A DNA stretch of 63,977 nucleotides, counting the filler, from Perkinsus olseni (taxonomy: Eukaryota), in assembly GCA_013115125.1 (NCBI GenBank). It is 3 parts of 3 records of this genome, joined end to end, with 100 filler letters (N's around TTAATTAATTAA, not from the genome) between each part and the next. Parts side by side here need not be neighbours in the genome. Positions count along the whole stretch, not along the records: positions 47,618 to 63,977 come from JABANN010000679.1; 2 more parts are not named here. One strand, written 5' to 3'. The position numbers and the translations under genes were made by a program. A model generated the notes under the pieces. It searched no databases, was not told where the DNA came from, and saw nothing but the letters and a program-made list of their open reading frames with translations. This document shows, in pieces, positions 50,946-62,600 of the stretch (its first letter is position 1; every line of letters begins with the position of its first letter).

Positions 50946-51023
50946 ATTCCACAAAATACAACCACTACAGACAGCAACAACTCAGTTGCGTTCACAAGGT
51001 ACCTTCGTTGAAAATCGATAAAC

Positions 51024-53430
51024 ATGAATCGCTTCGCTCCGCCTATTAGCAGTAGCGCGCGCCCGATCGCGGAGAGTCTTCCGTCGAGAAAAATCTTCGC
51101 AGTGTTTTTAATCTTGTCATTGATGCTTCCACGGGTTTCCTCTTCCGCTGCAGTCCTGATGGCGAGCAGGGTGTCCTCAGCGGCGTATCTTTCTCGCCGC
51201 TGTATGTCAGCTTCAACCTCGGGAAGAATCCCTGAGGCCTCCTCCCAAGAGCAGATCAATCTCTTGCACTCGTCCAAGGTCATTCAGGTGAGTCCCTTGT
51301 CGATCTTTCTGACACCTCTAGCTGTCATTGTGTCAGGTATCAACGGATGATAAAGCGATTGGGCCCCTGTCCAAGTTAGAATCTCATTTATGGGCGAACA
51401 TCGGCAACAAAGGTATTCTGCTACTGCCGCCGTATCCTCTACTTATACCACTACTAGTACGATCACTACCATCGTTACTCCACCTTTTCAAAGGCCTTTC
51501 ATCGTCTACATTAGACTCACTTTGGGCGTGCTCGCGAATTTGATTTTACTAATGCATATCTTGCCGCGGGTGTCCGCTCGCCCAGGGAAATTGATCTCAC
51601 TGAACGCAAAAAAGGGCCTTTAAAAGATCTAGTACACTGACTACACCGACTAGTCAGTGTAGTCAGGCCAACAGTCAGTGACTTCGATTACTTCCGCTTT
51701 TCCTACCACCACTAGTTCTCCGCGTCGTAGGCGAACAGTCTCTCTTTTCAGAACTCTACCACAGAGCCTTCTCGGTCTTGCTTTTCGAGAAGAATACAGG
51801 CTCCATGCTCATACAGAAGAGAGCGGCTCATAAGGTTGGTGGCCCTTCTCCTGCTGCCGTTATTAAAGCTGTCGATGGTCAGGTGACTTATCCGTCTATG
51901 TGGGCCAACGCTTGCTGTAGCCATCCCGAGTTTAACGAGGATGAGAACACAGTAAGTGGGATGCTGCTACGCGTAGTTGCGTGAAAGTGGTGCTGCTGAT
52001 TGAATTCAATTATCACAAGAGCCGACGCTCCCGGTCATGCCAAATAACAAACCATCTTGATCTGCCTTAACCGGCGCACTGGATTAAGTACTGAACGGTC
52101 GGGCAAGTGCTGTTGCGGAGTATGTTCCGCACACTTGATATCCGTATTTTGCAGTATATTTGGGAGAAATGTGGTATGACCTTATAAGTTTTCTGAATAA
52201 TACAGTCCATTTTTCCTCTCAGGAGCCGCCGTCCCAGGGTGTAATAGCGGCGGCCTACCGGAGGCTGGCGCAGGAGTTGGGCATTAAGAAGGAGCAGGTC
52301 AGCATCCTCATCGAAGTGCTACTCAGTACGCTTTCCCATTTAGTTACTTAACGAGCTTCATCCGCTGACCAGAATTAAGTAGTGCGGGAAATGACCGCTG
52401 CGCCACGAAATTATCGTTTGTTGAAGGTACTCGGCTCGATGCCCGGGCGATGGCTCTGATTTCGGCGAGGCTGAGATCGACTATATCTTGATAGGTTTGT
52501 GCAAGGACCAAATTCCGGTTGCTCACAATCCTGAAGAGGTGATATTATTTTGGCCGGGTTTACTAGGGAAAAATCGAAGAGGACGAGCTGATCGTATAGG
52601 GATGCAGCTACGCTTCTTTTTACTGCTTCTTCGTAGGGGAGTAAGTAGTAAGTAGGGGTCGTGCTTCATACGAGTTAGTTATCGGCCCATTCGGTCGGGA
52701 AATGAAGGAGAATCGTCCGAGTGCACTGGAGGTTTATATTATTAATACAGTGTAGTTTCACCCGTAATACGTGAAGTGGCGTTTTTCACCAGTCGAACGT
52801 GAGTTTCGCGATGTGAGGTGTGAAAGTGTTATTACATAAAAAACCCGAAACCCGTTTTGAAACCCGTTTTGTGATTCTCACATCACGGGTGGAACTCCAG
52901 TGCGCATACTCCATGCATACACGTCTATGTGTTTGTATCGCTATTAAGTCCGAATCAACTATCCAGTATCCTCCTCGCGGCATCCCCATCTTGTTATTGT
53001 GGACGGCCACTGTGGGGGGCGTATTGTCAGATTGGAGTTAATTGGCATTATAGGCGACAATATCTGAGATTTGTTTGTGGTTCCGTCGTACCGGTTTGCA
53101 CTCGATAAGTCACTTTAGCGGGTGTTCTAATATTAACGTGTGAGCGGTATGCTTAATTTCGACTTTAAAATCGTGCCATCGGGATTGGTCCGTCGGGCAA
53201 TTTTCCTCGTTTACATGTTCTCGGGTGCTTTTCAGGTAGAAGAGACCCGCTGGGTGTCTGATCTTCGTGAGCTCCGTCGCTTGCCGAGATCGCATCATTA
53301 TGTGTTCACTCCGTGGTTCGAGCTGCTGACCAAAGACGAGGATTGCCTGGAATTGTGGTGGCCTACTATTAAGAAGACTGGGGACTTGGGCAGGATAACC
53401 GATATGGGCTCCATCAGGTCGTTTGATTGA
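51024..53430 (+). CDS. IDI1: Isopentenyl-diphosphate delta-isomerase type 1 (Nudix fold) with an N-terminal extension, multi-exon
   Basis: VSTDDKAIGPLSKLESHL, HRAFSVLLF, LIQKRAAHK|VTYPSMWANACCSHP, AAYRRLAQELGI, YSARCPGDGSDFGEAEIDYILI, RWVS..FTPWFELL..WW. Catalytic Cys and Glu motifs are present. Confidence 0.92.
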
Positions 53431-53792
53431 TTCTATTTTACACGTTTTGTTTCTGTGCGTTGTCGACCCTGGATTTGCGCAGTTATCAATGAGGTAATGG
53501 CCGCTGGCGTTGTCTACTCGGTGGGGGCTGTAAATGGCCGAAGCCGTGAGTCGGGGACGGTGGAAGGCCAAAATGTATGTATTAGCATATTAGAGTGAGT
53601 TTTCACGAGCAGTGGCGGAAATTCTATTCTGCATATTTTGTTATGTAGAGGACGGGAGGACGGAAAGAAGTGTTGTGAGCATCGGAGTTGGTGACACCAA
53701 CTCCGAATGCCGGCGAGTCGGCGGCGCCGAGTCCGCTAGCCAGGATGCAAATTCCGTGTATCGTTCTTCACTCCAGTTGAGTTCATCCCGTC

Positions 53793-55034
53793 ATGTTGTC
53801 TCCCATATCTGCTGCTGCTGCTGCTGCTGAGGACAAGCATGTGCTGTATATATCGGTGGACATGGATGGTGTCCTTTGCAACTTAGATGCGGCTTTGGGA
53901 AGAGAAATGCATGATCGTAATACTGGCGCGTTTGAGGGTTTGTCCTTCAATATCGCAAGGCCAAGCATGAGTAAAACTTCGTAGTACCAACTGAGTACTT
54001 TATTTTCCTGACTGAACTAGAGCGATTCCCGGCTTTCTTACTCTGCGGTTTTCAATGAGTACTGTTCATGCTCGTGATGTCGAACATTGCAGCATCGACC
54101 ATGAGCATCAGCATCAGCATCACGCCAACTGTCATCTTTCGATAGGTTACGGTGTACTTCCTATAGCACCCAGCCAGCGGACACGCTACAGTATAACCAC
54201 TGAAGTAGCGCTTCCCACTCTCGAAGTTGTGCAGTTTATATCCTCTTTGTATTCTTCCTCGGATGAGTCCTACCGAGACTATGTGCTCGAGATTCTGTAC
54301 AGTCGTGGGTAGGGCGCCATGTGTTGTGTCTCAATGACGTACCCAATAGTGTTTGTAAGTTCTTCGAGAGTATTCCCGCAATTCCTGGTGCCATCCAGGG
54401 ATTGAAGCTCCTCGCTAGCGTTCCCAACGTCAAAGCAAGGATCTCTTCCAGCGCTCTTTTGTCATGTCATCTCCGTCAATAGGTTATAGTAACTTCATCT
54501 CATCTGTTGGCCCCTCGACATTGTTCCTCGGAGAAGAAGAAATGGGTAGACGATCATTTAGGTGAAGTTAAGATCATCCACTACTAGCCGCAGCCCGAGC
54601 CTCCAACAGGTACGGACCTTCCAACGGTTCATAGTGGACTTGGTCTTGGATAAAACACTACTTTTTGGTGACGTACTCAATGACGATAATCCTCGAATCA
54701 CCGGTAGGTTAAAACTTGGGGAAGTCAATTTGGTTGAAATTTTAATTTGGGGAAAGAAAAGATGCCTCGTCAGGGTCCTGTAGCCCACCTATGTTTGGTC
54801 ATCAAGTACTCTTCACGCCACCGTAGGAGTGCTCAGGTTTGATAGTAGGTACAGGATTTCGGTGAGATTAGGTATAACATGAGGGCGAAAGCAAGGCTTC
54901 GGCTTGACGGCTGGTTCACGACATTGGACGAGGCTGAGGACTTCGTGGGTAAGCTACGCTTGCTGACCAAGCGGACCGAGAAGTCCTTGACGCTTGCCGA
55001 CGGGCCAACACGTACATGCTGTTTCCATCACTAG
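53793..55034 (+). CDS. 5'(3')-deoxyribonucleotidase (NT5C/NT5M family, HAD fold), multi-exon
   Basis: ISVDMDGVLCN (HAD motif I), FFESIPAIPGAIQGLK, EKKKWVDDHLG, DKTLLFGDVLNDDNPRITG, HQVLFTPPYN. Confidence 0.88.
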
Positions 55035-56699
55035 AAACGATGAGCGAGTGTCAAGGAAGTTGCACAGAGTATTGTGAAGACACACAAGTTTTTGTCATAT
55101 TTGTCGGAGAATGAAGAGATGCGGCCTGTGATAGCAGGGCTTCTTTCAAAGGTTACTTCGGATTACTTCGGGTTTTACTCGAATTTTGGAGTCGGAATCT
55201 GATAGTAACTTTGATAGTATATCCTTGGTGATTACAGTTTAGTTGTAGTAAAGGAGTTAAGGAGCTCTGCATCGTTTGAAGGGGGCATTGATTTTCCTAT
55301 TGGAGAGAGAGTCGATGTTCTGGACTGGGAGGTCGGCTGAGAGGGTCTGAAGGTAACTACATATGTTGATAAGATGATAGATTATTCAGATCCGTTTGGG
55401 ACTGTTGCTTGTGGATTCATTTTTACTGAGTGCTTCGTCTTAGTAAAGTGATGATCGTCGTTGTGTGTGACTCATGATGATGAGCAGTATCAACATCATT
55501 ATTGGTGTAACGAGGAAGGCCACGATGATCCAATGGAAGGCTATTATCACCAAGATAATTTTATTCAAAGTAACTTTGACGGAATGCTGCTGCCGCTGCT
55601 GACTCGAGTTCACATCCATTCGCTCGATCCATTCTACTGAGATCATCGACGTTCTAATATCCTTGGCGGTGGTTCTAGATTTTCTCGAAGTGACACCGAA
55701 TTTCGTATATCATCGTCCAACCATGTACTTTCTGCCTCTCGACGTATTGCGGCGAAGAGGTAGGGTGCAGCTGGATTTGGTATCCGAGTGGTAATCGTGC
55801 ATGCGAGTGCAAGGGACAGAATGAAGTTAGCCGGTTATCTCTAATAATCTCTACCCTCATGCCGAGCATTACTCGATTTCCGGCCAGACCGCATTCTTAA
55901 CATCTGCGCGACGCCTCAGGAACTCAGGATTCCTGAGCATTCTGGTGTGTATAATTAGTTATGCAGAAGGTAGGCTATCTGAGGGGATAACGGAAGGAGG
56001 AGACCTGAGTTGGTCACCGCAGCATGTGGGACCGTTCGAGGGCGTCTCGAAAATGTCTGCTTGGGGAGGTGGAGGAATTGTATCGTCTGCCATGGTGCTC
56101 ATGGATGCTTGCACAAAATCCATCAGGGCTTTTGCGAGCAATGACGTGATTAATGCCGTTGTTCAATAGAGGTTTGATAAGGTATTTCGCTGAGGTTGGA
56201 GACTACAATTTCTATAATACCGGTGTCCTGACCGCTGAGCGGTACGGCGGAATGCCCGTTGCTTCGCGCTGCAAATCCAAGGCGGGCTCCCGCCGGTGTC
56301 CAACCTCGACTATCGCTGACACGGTCGTAGTTGTAGCAGCGGTCTGGGAACTTCCACTTCTGTTCCACAGGCACTCTGTTCCCTCGAGTAAATGCAAGCA
56401 TGGCTCGAGATCCAAACAATTGAGGTTGCATGAAATGCTGAGTGTAGACGAGTTTGTTGCAGTGGGCGCCCGACTGCGCCAGTCGGGCTCTCGTGAGGGG
56501 TACTATTGTGGATTTTTACTGATTTGCTAATCCGGGTGTCCAATAAAATTCTTTACCTGAGTTTTTAGAACATTCCCAGGATCGTCTGCTACATGATACG
56601 TACAGTCCTGGGAGCGCTGCAAGGTTTCCGGGAAGGCCTGTTTGGGTTTCAGGAGAGATCAGTTCGAGCTGGCTGTTGCTAGATTGTCTTCATTAGTCA

Positions 56700-59600
56700 A
56701 TGCGACCACCCGCGGCTGCCGCTGCTCCGGTCGGGGGCAGGCGGATAAGGGCGCTCAACGTCGCGGAGAAGAATTCTGTGGCGCGAGAAATTTGTCGAGT
56801 CCTGGGTGGCGGGGTAATACCCAATGGCAACCCGCCTGTAGGGGAGTTCCCTTACCGGCTGCTCGGGAATGTTGATGTAGTGAAGGGGTGGGGTCTCTCA
56901 GGGCGGAGGTGGGACGGGGCGGGTTTTCGGTTCGGGTTTAATAGACCCCGGGGAACGGGTAACTTGTAAAGATACTCCTTCAGGGAGCAACCAGCAGCGG
57001 ATCCATAAGCTCCAGTAGCCTTCCGCACCGTTAGGCGGTCTCGCACACGCCTCATCAATGGAAAGTGTCTGCTATCAGGTCATGATGGTGGTTACAGCCG
57101 TCCGCGGGCACCTGATGGGCTTGGACTTCGAAGCAGAATACCGGGGGCAATGGGATAGAGTCGATCCCGAGAGTCTGTATAACGCGCCTCTTGTTAAGTA
57201 GTAGGGAGGGGACGTGTGCAATCTGCAACCTATAATAACTATTATCAATTTATTGTGGATTTGTTCTCGATTGTTCAATTAATTGTTATCGATTTTAATA
57301 TTCTATCAATTCCTAAAATTTTCAGTAAAAACTCAACAGACGTGTCTATGTACTCAGTTTTATAGTATAAAACTGTGTATAGTATAGTATAAAATTATAA
57401 TTTAAATAGTTAAAATTAGATTTATATAGTATAAAATTTATACCAATTTGGTTTCTACAATATTAGCAAAAAAATAAAGGTTATGCTATTCCTTGTTCTG
57501 TGGTGATATAATTTCGAGTGGGCGGCTTCCCAAAATAGGAGATCTCCTATTAATAATATTTCACGAGAAAATAGGTTCGAAATTTGGAAAATTAGGTTTC
57601 GAAATGCGTATTAGAGACGCTGATTGAGGAGATCTTCGTTATTGAAGTGGGGGAAGAGTAGCTTCCTGCGTTTCTGAATTCGCGTCTGCGTATTTTCGGC
57701 TGGGGATGGTGAGAACTTCTACTGCGGGTTGAATAAATTTACCCGACTTTCCCATGGTGAGCGGGTACTAATACAAAACCCCATGAAATCCAATGAAACG
57801 GGTTTCTTTCCACTGAGAAGTGGAATTGTCGACGTCGGAGTGCAGTACGTGTGGCGAGAAGGCTTTGTGAATTTTTTTGTAGGGCTACGCGAACCCTGAC
57901 TTGGCGCATCGCGGATTGGGTTGAGTGGCAGAATTGCATCGACCTGCGATGTACTCGGTCGTACGCGCCCTCGGCTACGCTACCTAGGGAGTATGTCCCC
58001 AAGGCGAGCAGCCCATCCGCAGTGCTCGGTTTGGCGTAGCCCTTTCCCCCTCGTTTGACGGAACATAGTCGCCGTAGTTTCGACACTATCACTTACTACA
58101 ACTCCGAGCTGTTTGCTATCACGTCATTGCCTTCGGTCGTTGGTATCTTCAAAAAAGCACCGGTAGAGTTCTAGGTCAGTTGCTTCCGACATGGGCCCTG
58201 TGGCGAACAACCTGAGGCGGCTGGCTCGGACGTGTGATTGGCTGGTGTTGTGGCTTGATTGCGATCGAGAGGGAGAGGCGATTGCTTACGAGGTTATACA
58301 GATAGCGAGGGAGGTAATGCCTTTGAACGGTTAATTGGGTGAAAAAATCCGAAAAATCGGCGTTTTTGTCGCGTTATATGACGAGGAACTGCCGGATCGG
58401 AGTTTCGTCTCTGAATAGGGAAAAGTGAAGTGCAGGTTGAGTCACTCAGCCGTCGTTCTCACTCAACTTGAGTGAGAACCCATCAGAAATCCTGGATTTC
58501 CGAGCTCGAGTATATATCCTGGTGTGGGCCTCTTACTGCAGCAATGTTTCAAATAGATGAGTTCTTGCACGTTCCCGTGATCCCCTTTGGCGAGGACCAT
58601 TGGTGCAGTCACTGCACTGCAGTGTCCGTCGAGTTCCGCAATATGTTGAGAATTATAATCATCTCAGCTAGAGTTTTCGTTGATCTTCATCCCTCTGGGG
58701 ATGCGTGACTGTACGAACGATTCATTTAGAATCAATCGCCTACTATAGGACTGCTCATCTTTACCCTACTCAGGCCAACCCGAGGCTGGACGTCTATCGA
58801 GCCAACTTCTCTGCCCTCACGCATGCTGATCTCACACGCGCTTGCTTGAATCTAGCCCGCCCTAATCCTCATCTGGCGGCTGCGGTGGATGCGCGGCAGG
58901 AAATCGACCTTCGAATTGGTAGTAGGAACGGGGGGATCTCTCGGGATCGAACCTGCGCGGGTTTGCCTCCATGGCCATCGTCTATGACGGTCGACGGCCG
59001 TTCCCTCAACGACCAACAGGCTGCTCTCTTGCTGGACTTGTCACTCACTCACTCTACTAGCTCATTGACATAGCTCATCGCGGATGACGGCTCGGGCACC
59101 ACGAAACGGAGCAATGGCTGTACAGCGAGTATGTATATCTTTTCATACCACACCTTCCGTAAATTCTTGCAGTGGACAGATGCCCTCAGATCAAGCGTTC
59201 GAGTCAGTGGGCGCTCATCTCAGGCGCATCATTTACAAGATATCTCACTTTGCGGTATAAAAGGAAACTGCCATTGCTGGAGGGCATCCTTTCCTACGGC
59301 CCCTGCCAATTCCCGACTCTCGGCTTCGTCGTTCAGCGGTGGCTCAGGCAAAGGAATTTCATTCGGGAACCGTTTTGGACCATCAACTGCACGGTGAGTG
59401 CCGCCCGCAAGTGGAGGAGAAGGGTTTTATGGATTCGAACCTATCGAGATACCCGCGCATGGTCGACGGTAGAGTCTTGCTCCAATCGTAACTGTGCTCG
59501 CCTTTGGAAAATTCCCCGCGACTGGAAGCTTACATGAGTCCCTTTTGCAGATATGTGTGCCAGTGAGGGCTGCCGGTGATGATGCGGCTCAGCCATTGAT

Positions 59601-62600
59601 AAAGAGCGACCCTGAGGATGGCCCAACGGTCGAAGTGAAGCTCCATTGGGGACGGAATCGTTTATTCGACCACCTAGTTACCACGATATTGTATGATAGA
59701 TGCCTACAGCATGTCAGAGAGGTACTGCCAACGGGTAGCTCGCCTTTGCCTAGTAGCGAAGCCACGCCGTGTCAAGACTCCGGCGGAATTTGGAGACAAT
59801 CGAGCAAGACGAGGATTTGTGTTGTTCGGGTTCGGGTATTCATATGTTGGTACCATTTTGGCCCCGCATCACCTACTTTCGGTCTTTCCTGCTGTGCACA
59901 CCATAGAAGTAGTTGATGTGACCTTAGAGTACGCATAATCGCCCCATAGCGATTTTCGTCATCACTTCTTGAAAAATATTTGGACCTACTCTCTCTCTTA
60001 GTTTGGTGGCGGAATTGTTACCCAAGTATCCCACAACCCCAAGTCAAGATGGCGGCCGCTCCCTCTGAGCACAGTGGAGTTCGCCAAGCTGGCGTCTAGT
60101 AAATTGCGAATAGACTCTCGACAGGCGATGAGGATTGCGGAGGAATTGTGAGTTGGCCCAACTCAGTTGGGTCACCCTACTAGATTGGCTAGAGACTTCG
60201 TGTCTCTGTGGCGATGGCTATGAGGGTGCACTTGACGACCCGCCACATTACAGTTTTCAACCAAGGCCACGTTTTAAGGGCCGCTGTATAAATCGAGTTC
60301 CGCCATCGATACGGCGTGAGATGATATCATCAATCCTTGGCGATTATTTATCGCATCTGCCGCCGGCAGACTGCCGGGAAGAATCGTCTATCTTCTATCG
60401 TCACTATCTTCTCAACTTGAGAAAATGTCAGAAGGGAAATTGTCATCTTGAGATTCATGATGGCGATTTCTCTCTCAACTTTTACGTGATGCGTATCGGT
60501 GTAGATGATCGGATGCTGCACCAGCCCTCCAGAATTTCTTCTCTGTTGGTGCGTGTGTGGTAAGGATCGGTAGTAGGTACAACAGAGGTATAATATCATA
60601 TCCGCGGACGGAGACCGATAGATTCAATCCGACTATCGACTTGCTGGAACTAGTCCGACTACAGCAGGGCAGTCAAGTGTGGGGGGCCTTCGTCAATGAA
60701 CTACTTCAAGGGAAGTTCACACAAGCTAGGAGAGGAAATCATGATGATGGTCAGGGGGTGCTTCAGCATCCCGTCGCGCGCCACAGTTCGTGGATGCTGC
60801 ATTGCCAAACTGCCGCTGCATCAGCAACTCGCGAGCAAACTGATGGTTGCATAACATGCCAGTGGCTTGGTTTTCTTTCACAGTTTCCGCAGTTTAGCAT
60901 GGTAAAATCCTTCTCGAATAGCCTTGTGAAGGAAGTGAGCAGTATTAGAGACTGATTGCCATGCTGTCGCTGGGTCTCTTGCTATGACTGCCTGTAGGTG
61001 CGCATCCTCCTATCCATCCAGTACAGTTGGCTGGTCCTGGGTCACAGATACCTCTGCAAGGCGAGCAGTGGAGGGTCTATGAGCTCATTACGAGGCACTT
61101 CCTCGCCTGTGTAGCTCCTGATGCCATAGGTGAGGTACACGCTCCCTTGATCGTGCCAGCAGTACTGCTCAGTATTGAAAAAACGATTCACAGTCTTCTC
61201 ACAGAATCCCCCTTACGAATATTGATGAACATGCGGGTGGGTGCTTTCGGCTAGCGACGTCAGCTTGGTGATAGCAAGTCTGACAAGCTTAGTCTGTTAA
61301 CTGCATAGCGAGTTGGTATGAGTGGCTCGCGGTGGTATCGTACATGGTCTAAGACGGCGGCAGATAAAGCAGGGACTGATCGGCGAAAAGACTTGAGGGG
61401 ATACTATCGGATTGGTGCAAGGCAGCGTCTTGCTTGAAGTCTTTTAACAGATCCGAGACTCAACTAGGATGGATACCTCACCTCAAAGTGGCGGAGTCCA
61501 CAGACAAGGTCCACGGCAATGTTCACGCGATTGCCAGAATCCCTCCTCGCTGGGGATGCCGAGCGAATAACATCTGAACAGTAACATGCTCTGGGTAGTG
61601 GCGTCTAGAGCGCGCTCTCTATGGGCAGTGCATATATTGTCTTCCCGGCAAGTTCGAGGCATTGAGCAAGTACGAAGCTGGAGATGATTATGATTGCCCC
61701 AGCAGTCTGCTGGCGGCCGATGCTTACCATTTTCTTCAGAAACTTGAACCCGCTTCCTTCGGGATGGCAATGCTAGACGTCATCGCTGGGGCCCACAGCT
61801 TTCTCAAATGCGGTCACCACTGCACGGCCTACAATTTCCCAAACATGTATATCCGGTTCTACAACGCCAACACAGACATCTGGAAGGCTTCCAGGCACTC
61901 ACAGACACAGATGTTGAGCGTGGAGTCGGGGGCGTAAGCCTCTACTGTACGTTGATCTATTTGAGGAAGATGGTGAAGGAACGACGGCTGAGCACCGTTG
62001 ATCTACCGTCTCAGCCTACGAAACGGCTTCCGAGTCATCGAAGACTATAGGAGCAAGAACACCAACAAGCTACCTGAAGTCCCCAATACCAAAGCGCTGC
62101 CGAGCGTAACGAACTTGCGGCAGAACATGGGAGCTATATAGGGTAGATGGTCGTTTGAGAGCTTTGCTGGTTGATTCGTGAGGAGCGAGTGCAGAGCGGA
62201 ATGCGCTGATCTCTTTTCTGTGATACAAGGAGGGAGGCATTCGGTTTTGAAAATAGCGTGGATCGGACTCTCCGCCGGAGGGCTTCCTGTGAACTGCCGT
62301 CGCCGGCAGGCTGCCAGTCGGGAACCTGAGATCTGGAGGAGGATAGTTAGCCTTCTCTGTGAGTACAACAATCAGTGCTGTAACCCGTCGTTCGTGCTGT
62401 CCATAGTATTGTGTATCATCCATCTTGAGGCAAGGTTTGAGCTTTCCACTATCTTCAACTAATCCTTTGCGTTCGAGAAACTGGGAAGTTTCCAGTCATC
62501 GGAATCCAATGGAAACATCTCGTTGACCTCCAAGGCCTCGAAGGCCAACCCATTTCAGTAAAATGATGGTACAAACGGTATTGCTGTTGATTCTGGCCCT

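Noticed and set aside
50930-51283. 117-aa minus ORF upstream of NEDD8
   Set aside because: Antisense to IDI1 exon 1 and out of frame with NEDD8.
55440-56530. Short ORFs between the nucleotidase and TOP3
   Set aside because: No consistent exon chain or recognisable family; left unannotated.
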